From: Paracoccaceae bacterium
GTDB taxonomy: Bacteria > Pseudomonadota > Alphaproteobacteria > Rhodobacterales > Rhodobacteraceae
Length of the DNA stretch: 64,000 bases
Reading direction: 5' to 3'
NCBI GenBank assembly: GCA_037190175.1
Contig: JBBCJM010000004.1
Span: 3,164-67,163, forward strand
Positions 36,997 through 45,633 of this stretch are shown piece after piece (the first letter of the stretch is position 1; the number at the start of each line of letters is the position of its first letter). A program made the translations under genes and the position numbers. The notes below the pieces were generated by a model that saw only the letters and a list, made by a program, of their open reading frames with translations, was not told the origin of the DNA and made no database searches.

Positions 36997-37025
36997 CGGT
37001 TTCGCTCCTCCAGCGGGCAGGCGGT

Positions 37026-38399
37026 TCAGGGACAGGCGAGGCAGGCCAGCAGCGGCCCCACGCCGGGCGCCGTCTCCAGCGTTTCCAGCAGGCCCAGCAG
37101 GTCGCGCTGCCGCGCCGGCGGCAGCACATCGGCGGAATAGCGCAGGAACTTCACCTCGACCTCCTGCCGGCTGAGCGGGTTCTGCGGCGAGCCGGGGGTG
37201 GCGGGCAGGCTGACCGAGACCACGCGGCCGTCGGGCCCGGTGGCCTCCAGCCGGCAGGGCAGGTCGCGCACCGGGGTCAGCGCGGGGTCGATCGCGATCT
37301 CCAGCCGGGCGATCAGGCCGGCCACGTCGGGGTCGCGCCAGCGCCGCGCCTCGATCTGGTGCTGCGAGACCTCGCCGTCCAGCAGGGCCAGCGCCACCAG
37401 CACGTGCAGGCTGTGGTCGGCCTCCTCGGCCGTCTGCGGCACCTGCCCGGGGCCGGGGCTGACCCGCATCCGCGCCCGGCCGGTGTCGGCCACGGCCAGC
37501 CGGATCGCCCGGCTGGCCGCCACGTCGGTCTGCTGCCGCAGCCGGACGGCCGCCATCATCGGCCCCTGGCCCAGCGAGAAGCCGGGAAACGGCTTCAGCC
37601 CCACGGACAGCAGGCGGTCGGGCCCCTCCATCGCCACCAGGCGCGCGATGTCGGCCCCGTCCAGCACCAGCCGGGCAAAGCCGCGCTCGCCGGCCAGCGC
37701 CGCGCCGGGGCCGGTCAGCCCCTCGGCGGCCAGCAGGGTCAGCATGGCGGCGGTATGGCTGACCATCGAACTGGCGACCGACTTGGCGCCCGAGACCCGG
37801 CCGCTGCGGACCTCGCCCAGCGTGGCGGAATGCGTGGCGGCCAGGTCGACGGCATGGGCCAGCGCCGCGGGCGGCAGGCGCAAGAGCCAGCCGGTCATCA
37901 CCGCGGTCGCGATCCCGGCCACCGACACGTGGTCCCAGGCCGAGCCGGGATCGGCCAGGTCCAGCAGCCGGCCATAGACCTCGTACCCCAGCCGGATGGC
38001 GCGCCGCAGGTCGGCGCCCGAGGCCCCGGCGATTTCCGCCGCCGCCAGCGCCGCCCCGATGATCTCGCTGGGATGCCCGCTCTGGCGGGGGCCGTAGTAG
38101 GTGTCGTTCAGGTCGAGGTCGCGGATCAGCGTGCCGGTGGCCAGCGTGGCCAGCGGCAGGCTGGTGCGCAGCCGCGAGCCGGGAAGCGTGCAGAGCGGCG
38201 CCCCGCCCAGCCTCTCCACCACGCGCATCACCAGGGCGGCATTGCCCTCGCGCGTCGCCCCCAGCGCGCAGGCGAGCGTGTCGAGCAGGATGAGGTCCAA
38301 CTGCCGGGCGGCGTCGGGGCGGATCTCCTCGCCGGCGAAGCGCAGGGCCCAGTCGACCAGCGCCGCCGAGGTGAAACCGGGGGTCGGCGGTGCGCTCAT
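37026..38399 (-). CDS. MmgE/PrpD family protein (2-methylcitrate-dehydratase-like), paralog 1
   Basis: 457 aa. LLDTLACALGA, DLNDTYY....GHPSE, and GYEVYGRL are typical of the MmgE/PrpD family. Confidence 0.9.
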   Translation of the reverse strand: MSAPPTPGFTSAALVDWALRFAGEEIRPDAARQLDLILLDTLACALGATREGNAALVMRVVERLGGAPLCTLPGSRLRTSLPLATLATGTLIRDLDLNDTYYGPRQSGHPSEIIGAALAAAEIAGASGADLRRAIRLGYEVYGRLLDLADPGSAWDHVSVAGIATAVMTGWLLRLPPAALAHAVDLAATHSATLGEVRSGRVSGAKSVASSMVSHTAAMLTLLAAEGLTGPGAALAGERGFARLVLDGADIARLVAMEGPDRLLSVGLKPFPGFSLGQGPMMAAVRLRQQTDVAASRAIRLAVADTGRARMRVSPGPGQVPQTAEEADHSLHVLVALALLDGEVSQHQIEARRWRDPDVAGLIARLEIAIDPALTPVRDLPCRLEATGPDGRVVSVSLPATPGSPQNPLSRQEVEVKFLRYSADVLPPARQRDLLGLLETLETAPGVGPLLACLACP

Positions 38400-39811
38400 G
38401 CCGGCTGCGCCCCCTGCGCGTCGGGGGCCCGCGCCCCCCGCAGGATCGCCATCAGCGGCTCCAGCGAGGCCAGGCGTTCGAGCCCCAGCACCATCTCGAC
38501 GACCTCGGCCGCCCGGGCGTCGGGCAGCGCGCCGGCCACGCAGTCCTGGAACTTGCGGATCACCGTCGCGGCGTCCGCTGGGGCGGCGGGGCTGCCGGGC
38601 GGGTCGGCCACGTCGATCTCGATGCGCCCGCCGTCGTGCAGCTCCGCCACCAGACGGGCGGGAAAGCCGCTCAGCCCCCGCGCGAGCGGCTCGGGCCGGA
38701 CGGTGATGGCGTCCATGATGCGCAGGATCTCGGGGTCGTTCCAGCGGTCGCCCGCGAACTGCCGGGGCGTCAGCTCGCCGTCCACCAGCGCGGCGGCGAT
38801 CAGGAAATAGAAGCTGTGGTCGGCCGTTTCCCTGTCCTGCGGCCGGCGGTAGCCCGGCTGCGACTGCACCCGCACCACCGGCGCGTCGGGCAGCAGGGCC
38901 AGCAGCGAGCGCAGCCGGCCGCGGTCGCCCAGCCGTCGCCGCAGCTCGATGGCCGCGGCGACGGCGGACTGGCCGGTGCCGATGCAGGGGAAGATCTTCA
39001 CCGCCACGTCCAGGATGCGCGGCGCGTCACCCGGCGCGGGGACCAGCGTGGCCAGGTCGGCGCCGGGCATCAGCGTGGCGGGCAGGCCCTGCGGCCCCTC
39101 CAGCGCGGCCAGCGGGCCGGTCAGCCCGCCCTCGGCCAGCAGCGCGCCCAGCATCCCCTGCACGGCCACCAGCGCGTTCGAGACCGCCTTGGCCTGCGAT
39201 ATCCCGCCCTTGCGCAGCGCGGCCAGCGGATGGGCATAGGTGGCCCCCAGCGCCAGCGCATGGGCCAGCCGGTCCGGCGGAAGGCCCATCAGCCGCCCCG
39301 CCATCGCCGCGCCGGCCAGGCCCGAGGCGCCCACATGGTCCCAGGGCGAGGCGGTGTCCATCAGGTCGGCCAGCCGGCAATAGACCTCGTACCCCGCCAA
39401 AATCGCGGCCAGCGCGGCCTTTCCGCCCAGCCCGCGCTCCTCGGCCACCGCCAGCGCGACCGGGATGTTGTCGCTGGGATGCCCGCCGCCTCCGGCAAGG
39501 CTCCAGTAGAAGTCGTTGAGGTCCAGCGCCCGGACGCAGGCGCCGTTGACCAGCACCGCCGAGGTGGCCGGAGCCCGGTCCGCGCGGCCGATCACGCTGG
39601 CCGCCGGATGCGCGCCCAGCCCGGCCAGCAGGCCGCGCACCGGCCCCACCGCCGGATGCCCCAGCCCGGCGATGGCGCAGCCGAGGGTGTCCAGCAGGAA
39701 GAGCCGCGCCCGTTCCACCGCCGCGGCCGGCCAGGTTTCCAGGCCCGCGCCGGCAACCCAGCCGGCCAGCCGCCCCAGCACCGCGTCCTGTGTAGCCGCC
39801 TTTGCGTCCAT
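38396..39811 (-). CDS. MmgE/PrpD family protein, paralog 2
   Basis: 471 aa. LLDTLGCAIAG, DLNDFYW....GGHPSD, GYEVYCRL. ATGA overlap with paralog 1. Confidence 0.9.
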   Translation of the reverse strand: MDAKAATQDAVLGRLAGWVAGAGLETWPAAAVERARLFLLDTLGCAIAGLGHPAVGPVRGLLAGLGAHPAASVIGRADRAPATSAVLVNGACVRALDLNDFYWSLAGGGGHPSDNIPVALAVAEERGLGGKAALAAILAGYEVYCRLADLMDTASPWDHVGASGLAGAAMAGRLMGLPPDRLAHALALGATYAHPLAALRKGGISQAKAVSNALVAVQGMLGALLAEGGLTGPLAALEGPQGLPATLMPGADLATLVPAPGDAPRILDVAVKIFPCIGTGQSAVAAAIELRRRLGDRGRLRSLLALLPDAPVVRVQSQPGYRRPQDRETADHSFYFLIAAALVDGELTPRQFAGDRWNDPEILRIMDAITVRPEPLARGLSGFPARLVAELHDGGRIEIDVADPPGSPAAPADAATVIRKFQDCVAGALPDARAAEVVEMVLGLERLASLEPLMAILRGARAPDAQGAQPA

Positions 39812-39857
39812 GCCCTCGCCCGGACCGCACCCTGACGGGGCGCCCCGGTCTCCTCCC

Positions 39858-41543
39858 TCAGTGCCCTCGCTTCGTCACCTTGCCCTCGCGAAGATCCCGC
39901 TCTGCCAGCGCCGGATCGCGGGACGCCGGATCGCCGTAGCCCCCCCCGCCCGGCGTCAGCACGGTCAGCACGTCGCCCGCCTCCATGGTGATGCCGGCCG
40001 CCTTGCAGGGCAGCTTCTCCACCCGGCCGTCGGTGCGGGTCAGGACGAACTCGCCCGGCCTGGCCTCGCCGCCGCCGAAGATGCCGCGGGGCGAGAAGCG
40101 GTGACGCTCGGCGCGGACCGAGAGGTCCAGCGGGCTCAGCGCGCGGATGTCGCGGCGCAGGCCCAGCCCGCCGCGGAACCGGCCCTCGCCGCCCGAATCC
40201 GCCCGCAGTTCGTAGCGTTCCACCCGCAGCGGGAACTGCATCTCCATCGCCTCGATGGGGGTGTTGTTCAGGTTGGCGACCGGGAAATCCACCACGTCCG
40301 GCCCGTCCGACCCGTTGCGCCCGCCCCAGCCGCCCGGCAGCGGTTCGGACTTGTAGAAGAACTTGCCGGTCGCGGGGTCGGTGCCGGACATGCGGTAGAT
40401 CGCGACCTGCCCGTGGTCCTGCGCCACCGCCCGGTCGGGCAGCGCCTCGCCCAGCGCCCCCATGATCACGTTCGAGATCCGCGCCTGCGTCTCGGGCCGC
40501 GAGCTGACCGACCCAGGGGGGTTGGGGTTGAGCAGCGAGCCTTGGGGCAGGATGATCTCCACCGCGTCATAGCAGCCCTCGTTGTTGGGGATCTCGTCGC
40601 GCGGGTCGAGAAATATCTTCAGCGCAGCATAGATGGCCGACAGCGAGTTGGCGACCGGGCAGTTCAGCGAGCCGCGGACCTGCCGCGACGTGCCGGTGAA
40701 GTCGACGGTCAGCGTCTCGCCCTGCACGGTGATCGCCACGCGGATCGGGATCGGAGTGTCGTCGAACCCGTCGTCGTCCAGCACGTCCTCGTAGTCATAG
40801 ATGCCGTCCGGGATCTCGGCGATCAGGCGGCGGAACCCGACCCGCGTGCGCTCGATCAGCTCCGAGACCGCCTGGTGGACCGTCTCCTCGCCGAAGCGCG
40901 TCAGCGTCTCGTCGTAGCGCACCGCGCCGGTGCTGAGCGAGGCCAGCTGCGCCCGCACGTCGCCCACCACCGAATCCGGCTTGCGCGAGTTGGCCTTGAT
41001 GATCGCCATCAGCGTCTGGTTCATCTCGCCCGCCGTCATCAGGTGCATGGGCGGGATCAGCAGCCCTTCCTGGAAGATCTCGGTGGACAGCGGCGGGGTG
41101 CTGCCCGGCAGCATCCCGCCCACGTCGGTCTGGTGCGCATAGCTGCAGCCGAAGCCCGACAGCCGCCCCTCGCGGTAATAGGGCATGACCAGGATGAAGT
41201 CGGGCGGATGCGAGCCGCCGTAATAGGCGTGGTTCAGGATGAACACGTCGCCCGGCTGCATCCTGTCGGGCGGCATCCACTTCAGCACCTCCTTGACCGC
41301 CACGCTCGATCCGGCCAGCTGCACCGGCAGCGAGACCGCCTGGGCGATCAGCCGGCCCGAGGGGTCGAACAGCGAGCTCGAGGCGTCGCCCACCTCGCGG
41401 ATGGCCTGCGAATGGGCCGTGCGCTCCAGCGTCGTCTGCATCTCCTGCGCGATGCCGTTCAGCGCGTTCTTCACCAGCTCGACGGTGACGACATCGACGG
41501 GCCGGGCCGCCGCCTGCGGATGGACTGCGACTGCCACGCTCAA
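39858..41543 (-). CDS. hyuB: Hydantoinase B/oxoprolinase family protein
   Basis: 561 aa. VTVELVKNALNGIAQEMQTTLERTAHSQAIREVGDASSSLFD is typical of HyuB. The TTG start overlaps the hyuA stop (TTGA); a GTG two codons downstream is an alternative. Confidence 0.9.
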   Translation of the reverse strand: MSVAVAVHPQAAARPVDVVTVELVKNALNGIAQEMQTTLERTAHSQAIREVGDASSSLFDPSGRLIAQAVSLPVQLAGSSVAVKEVLKWMPPDRMQPGDVFILNHAYYGGSHPPDFILVMPYYREGRLSGFGCSYAHQTDVGGMLPGSTPPLSTEIFQEGLLIPPMHLMTAGEMNQTLMAIIKANSRKPDSVVGDVRAQLASLSTGAVRYDETLTRFGEETVHQAVSELIERTRVGFRRLIAEIPDGIYDYEDVLDDDGFDDTPIPIRVAITVQGETLTVDFTGTSRQVRGSLNCPVANSLSAIYAALKIFLDPRDEIPNNEGCYDAVEIILPQGSLLNPNPPGSVSSRPETQARISNVIMGALGEALPDRAVAQDHGQVAIYRMSGTDPATGKFFYKSEPLPGGWGGRNGSDGPDVVDFPVANLNNTPIEAMEMQFPLRVERYELRADSGGEGRFRGGLGLRRDIRALSPLDLSVRAERHRFSPRGIFGGGEARPGEFVLTRTDGRVEKLPCKAAGITMEAGDVLTVLTPGGGGYGDPASRDPALAERDLREGKVTKRGH

Positions 41544-43627
41544 GCCTCCACGCTGATCACGATGTTCTCCAGCTCGTCGATCTCCACCGCGCAGCGGGGC
41601 GGGATCACGGTGGTCGATCCGTATTCCTCGACGATGGCCGGGCCAGCGAAGCGGTGGCCGGGCAGCAGATCCTCGCGGCGATAGACGGCGACCTGCTGCG
41701 GGGCGGTCCCGTTGGGGAACAGCGCCATGCGCGAGCCCGCCGCCGGGGCGGCGCCCTGGCCGTGCCCCCGCCCCGCGTGCAGCGCCACCACGTCGGTCTT
41801 GCGCAGCGCGGTCATCCGCAGCGAAAGGATTTCGATCTCGCCCTCGGGGTCGTGGTAGCGGTACTGCATCTGGTGCTGCTCGTCGAACTGGCGCTTCAGC
41901 TCGGCCCGCCAGCCCTCGGCATCGAGGCCCGCCAGCCCGGCGATGGAAACGGTCAGCTCGTACCCCTGCCCGACATAGCGCATGTCCATCGAGGGCTCGA
42001 GGCTGAGCGTTGCGGTCGCCGAGCCTTCCAGCGCCGCGAGGGCGCCCCCCGCCTCCTCGCGCAGCTCGTCCAGCGTCCGTTGCAGCCGGGCGCCGTCCAG
42101 CTCGGACAGCACGCCACCGAACTGGCGCTGGAAGTCGTAGCGCGAATCCGCGATCAGCGCGCCGAAGGCGTTGACGTTGCCGGGCGCGGGGGGGATCACC
42201 ACCTGCGGGATGCCGGCCTGCCGGGCCAGGGTGACCGCGTGCACCGGCCCCGCGCCGCCGAAGCCGATCAGGGTGCAGGTGCGCGGGTCGATGCCGCGCT
42301 GGGTGGTGACCAGCCGGATCGCCGCCTCCATGTCGAAGTTGGCGATGCGCAGGATGCCCAGCGCCGTCTCGGTGGTGGTCATCCCCAGCCGGTCGCCCAG
42401 CCGCTCCTGGATCGCGGCGCGGGCGCCCTCGATATCCAGCCGCATCTTGCCGCCGATCAGCTCGTCCGGGTAGTAGCCCACCACCGCGTTGGCGTCGGTG
42501 ATGGTGGGCTGGGTGCCGCCGCGGTCATAGCAGATCGGACCGGGGCGCGAGCCGGCGCTGCGCGGCCCCACGTGCAGCAGCCCGCCCTCGTCCATCCAGG
42601 CGATGGTGCCGCCGCCGCCGCTGATCTCGATCAGGTCGACCACCGGCGCGCGCACCGGCAGCCGTTCCACGAACAGGGTGTTCTGCGTCTTGAAGGTGCC
42701 GTTCTCGATATAGGCGGCCTTGGCGGTGGTGCCGCCCATGTCCAGCGCGATGACCCGCGGCAGCCGGCTGGCCTCGGCGATATGCGCCGCGGCGATCACG
42801 CCGCAGGCCGGGCCGGATTCCACGGTCTGCGACGGGCGCGCCGCCGCGTCGCGGATCGCCATCGTCCCGCCGCCGGAATGGATGACGTCCAGCCGGCCGC
42901 GGAAGTCGTGCTCGTCGCGCAGGCGCCGCTCCAGATCCTCGTAGTAGGTCGTCACCTCGGGCTTCACATAGGCGTCGATGACCGTGGTGCTGGCGCGTTC
43001 GTACTCGCGGAACTCGGGGTTCACCGCCGAGGAGATCGACACGAAGGCCTGCGGATAGATCTCGGCGATCAGCTCGGCCACCCGCTGCTCGTGCCGGGGG
43101 TTCAGGAACGAGAACAGGAACACCACCGCGATGGCCTGGCAGCCCGCATCGCGCAGCGTTGCGACCGCGGCGCGCACCGCGTCCTCGTCCAGCGGCACCA
43201 GCACCCGGCCCTCGGCATCCACCCGCTCGGGCACCTCCAGCCGCAGGTCGCGCGGCACCAGCGGCTTGGCCTTGTCGTAGAGCATGTCGTAGAGCCGGTC
43301 GCGGCGGGTGCGCTGGATCTCCAGCACGTCGCGGAAGCCCGCGGTGGTGATCAGCCCCACCCGCGCCCCCTTCTTCTCGGCGACCACGTTGGCGGCGACG
43401 GTGGAGCTGTGCACCAGATGCTCGACATCCGCGAAGGTCGCGTTCATCTGCGACAGCGCCTCGACCCCCGCGGCGATCACGCCGTCGGCGAAGGTGGGTG
43501 GCGTCGAGGGCACCTTGGAGAACAGGAGCCGGCCGGCCCCGTCGTCCCAGACGGCGCCGTCGGTGAAGGTGCCGCCCACGTCGATGCCGATGCGCAGCGC
43601 GCGCCGGGTTTGCTTCTGACCTGTCAT
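41540..43627 (-). CDS. hyuA: Hydantoinase/oxoprolinase family protein (A subunit)
   Basis: Internal ATG at 43627: MTGQKQTRRALRIGIDVGGTFTDGAV..., DMGGTTAK, GFGGAGP. 695 aa. The upstream extension in the track is junk. Confidence 0.9.
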   Translation of the reverse strand: MTGQKQTRRALRIGIDVGGTFTDGAVWDDGAGRLLFSKVPSTPPTFADGVIAAGVEALSQMNATFADVEHLVHSSTVAANVVAEKKGARVGLITTAGFRDVLEIQRTRRDRLYDMLYDKAKPLVPRDLRLEVPERVDAEGRVLVPLDEDAVRAAVATLRDAGCQAIAVVFLFSFLNPRHEQRVAELIAEIYPQAFVSISSAVNPEFREYERASTTVIDAYVKPEVTTYYEDLERRLRDEHDFRGRLDVIHSGGGTMAIRDAAARPSQTVESGPACGVIAAAHIAEASRLPRVIALDMGGTTAKAAYIENGTFKTQNTLFVERLPVRAPVVDLIEISGGGGTIAWMDEGGLLHVGPRSAGSRPGPICYDRGGTQPTITDANAVVGYYPDELIGGKMRLDIEGARAAIQERLGDRLGMTTTETALGILRIANFDMEAAIRLVTTQRGIDPRTCTLIGFGGAGPVHAVTLARQAGIPQVVIPPAPGNVNAFGALIADSRYDFQRQFGGVLSELDGARLQRTLDELREEAGGALAALEGSATATLSLEPSMDMRYVGQGYELTVSIAGLAGLDAEGWRAELKRQFDEQHQMQYRYHDPEGEIEILSLRMTALRKTDVVALHAGRGHGQGAAPAAGSRMALFPNGTAPQQVAVYRREDLLPGHRFAGPAIVEEYGSTTVIPPRCAVEIDELENIVISVEA

Positions 43628-43629
43628 GA

Positions 43630-44493
43630 TTACCTGCGCACGCCGTCGACGATGGCCATCGTCTTGTATTCCCAGAGATGCGGCTCGATCAGCACCTCCT
43701 GCGCGGCCTTCACGACCTCGTGCAGCGGAGCGGCGAGCCAGTTGGCCTTCTGGTATTCGAAGGCCTGCTCCACCGGCACGCGCCTGGCCCCCGCCCAGGT
43801 CACGAAGATGCGCAGGAGCCAGGCCAGCTGCGGATCCTGCTTGGCCAGCTCGAAGGTCATCGGCGTCGGGCCGTATTCGACCAGCACCAGCCGCCCGCCC
43901 GGCTTGATCAGCCGGGTCAGAGCGCGGAACTCGGGCACGTAGTCGTCGCAGTGGTGCATCTGGCTGGCGATCACCGCGTCGAACTCGCCCTCGGCATAGT
44001 TCGAGGCGAATTCGCGGTAGATCCCCCATTGCCGGGTGGTGCTGTTGCGGGCCTTGACATAGGGGCGCACCTCCAGCGGCACGACCTCCACCCCCGCGGG
44101 CAGGACCTCGCGCGCCACGTCGAGCAGGCCGGTGGGCTCCAGCGCCTCGGCGATCAGCAGCACCCGCCCGCCCGGGGGCACGCGCGCCTTGATGAAGCCC
44201 ATCTGGTGGAATTCGCGCTCGGGCTTCAGGAAGGCGGCGGTGGAGAACCGCTTTCCGAACAGCGGCTGCCGGTAATATTCGGCCATTTCCGCGAGGGATT
44301 CGAAAAGCGTATCGTCCCCTTCCGTCAGGCCGGTCCTGTCCCGGCCCGGATCCAGTTCGAGCCAGGGCTGGGAACTTCGAAAGACCTCATCGGTGATGAT
44401 CGTCCTGGTTTCGTCCGGCTTGCCCATGATATCCATCCCCCGGACCGCTTTGGCCATTTCTGGCCGAAGCCGAAAGGTCCGGCCGTTTTCCAT
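43630..44493 (-). CDS. Class I methyltransferase-fold protein with degenerate SAM-binding motif I; function unknown
   Basis: 287 aa. FDAVIASQMHHCDDYVPEFRALTRLIKPGGRLVLVEY is a typical Methyltransf_11-like post-I region. At the motif I position it reads GGRVLLIAEALEPTG instead of VLD.GCG.G. SD GGGAGAA. Confidence 0.6.
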   Translation of the reverse strand: MENGRTFRLRPEMAKAVRGMDIMGKPDETRTIITDEVFRSSQPWLELDPGRDRTGLTEGDDTLFESLAEMAEYYRQPLFGKRFSTAAFLKPEREFHQMGFIKARVPPGGRVLLIAEALEPTGLLDVAREVLPAGVEVVPLEVRPYVKARNSTTRQWGIYREFASNYAEGEFDAVIASQMHHCDDYVPEFRALTRLIKPGGRLVLVEYGPTPMTFELAKQDPQLAWLLRIFVTWAGARRVPVEQAFEYQKANWLAAPLHEVVKAAQEVLIEPHLWEYKTMAIVDGVRR

Positions 44494-44508
44494 GCGTTCT
44501 CCCAGGGC

Positions 44509-44577
44509 GATGGAAGCATCCCGCTCGGGGGCCGATCAATCTCGCAGATCCGGGGCGGCGATAGGAAGCACCTATCG
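44509..44577 (+). promoter_or_regulatory. Conserved non-coding block (copy 1) containing a LysR-type T-N11-A inverted repeat CGATAGG-N5-CCTATCG
   Basis: Lies between divergent genes 44493(-) and 44692(+). Positions 44534-44577 are 37/44 identical (hand count) to 49301-49344, and GATGGAA.CA.C also recurs further 5'. Confidence 0.55.
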
Positions 44578-44691
44578 GGCACGCCCCGCGCCCGCCGGCC
44601 AGCGCCCCGCAGGCCGCCGCGGCATTGACACCATGGCTGAACCTTCTAGCCTTGGGTCCCTTGGCACCAGCTCTCGGGGGCCCGGCCGGCC

Positions 44692-45594
44692 GTGGATATC
44701 AGACAGCTCCGCTACTTCGTCGTGCTGGCCAAGGAACTGCACTTCGGCCGCGCCGCCGAGAAGCTGGGGATCGCGCAACCCTCGCTGAGCGCACAGGTTC
44801 AGGCGCTGGAGGCCAGCCTCGGGGCCCAGCTTCTGACCCGCGGCCCCCGGGCGGTGACGCTGACCACCGCGGGCGCGATCTTCCTGGAGGAGGCGCGCCT
44901 GACGCTGGCCCAGGCGGACCGGGCCATCGCGGTCGGCCGCCGCGCCGGGCGGGGCGAGATCGGCACCGTCCGCATCGGCCTTGCGCTGGGCAGCACGCTG
45001 TCGGGCGCGCCCTCGATCATCATCGCGCAGTTCCGCGAGCGTTTCCCGGATATCGACATCCAGCTTTCGATCATGCCGCCGAACCGGCAGATCGACGGGC
45101 TGCGGAACCGGACCATCGACGTGGGCTTCCTGCTGCCCCCCTCGTCCATGCCCGACGATATCGAGGTGATCGGGCTGCAATTCGAGAAGCCCGCCATCGC
45201 GCTTTGCGCCGACCATCCGCTGGCGCGAAAGCCCACGCTGGAAGCCGCGGATCTGGCGGACGAGCCCTTTCTGGTCATGCATCCCGAAAGTTCCAACAGC
45301 ATCTACGAGGCGACGATCCAGCTCGGCAAGCACGGCCGGTTTTCCCCGCGCATCACGCGGATCGAGTACGATCTGGTCGCGCTGCTGAGCCTGGTCGGCG
45401 CGGGGTTCGGCGTGATCCTGGTCTCCGAGGCCGTGCAGCGGATCGCCATGCCGAACGTGGTGTTCCGCCCGCTCGTGGGGTTCCAGGCCAATACCGAGAT
45501 AGCGGCAGCCTATCGGCGCGACGAGACAGCCAAGCCGGTCAGGCCGCTGCTGCAGTTCTGCGCCCGGTACTCGAGCGGCGGCGGCGCGACCTGA
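44692..45594 (+). CDS. LysR family transcriptional regulator (divergent from the hyu/prpD operon)
   Basis: GTG start. MDIRQLRYFVVLAKELHFGRAAEKLGIAQPSLSAQVQALEASLGAQLLTR plus a LysR effector domain. 300 aa. Confidence 0.9.
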   Translation: MDIRQLRYFVVLAKELHFGRAAEKLGIAQPSLSAQVQALEASLGAQLLTRGPRAVTLTTAGAIFLEEARLTLAQADRAIAVGRRAGRGEIGTVRIGLALGSTLSGAPSIIIAQFRERFPDIDIQLSIMPPNRQIDGLRNRTIDVGFLLPPSSMPDDIEVIGLQFEKPAIALCADHPLARKPTLEAADLADEPFLVMHPESSNSIYEATIQLGKHGRFSPRITRIEYDLVALLSLVGAGFGVILVSEAVQRIAMPNVVFRPLVGFQANTEIAAAYRRDETAKPVRPLLQFCARYSSGGGAT

Positions 45595-45633
45595 CCGCGC
45601 GCGCCCACCCGCCGCCCTTCCGGCCGGCGGGGC

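Noticed and set aside
39516-43942. Plus-strand ORFs of 722 aa (39516..41684) and 762 aa (41654..43942)
   Set aside because: Antisense shadows of hyuB and hyuA.
41540-44029. Long versions of real genes in the track: 829-aa HyuA; 780-aa permease 59436..61778; 568-aa reductase 55472..57178; 417-aa SDR 17169..18422; 469-aa amidohydrolase 62403..63812; 630-aa flavoprotein 17945..19837
   Set aside because: The N-terminal extensions are Arg/Gly/Pro-rich and overlap the upstream gene. In each case an internal ATG with an ATGA overlap or SD yields the canonical family N-terminus.
39858-44493. Calling hyuA/hyuB an acetone/acetophenone carboxylase or 5-oxoprolinase
   Set aside because: Family membership is clear, but specificity cannot be read from sequence by eye. 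No gamma-subunit-like small gene is present, and the associated third gene is MTase-fold instead. I therefore kept the generic family call.
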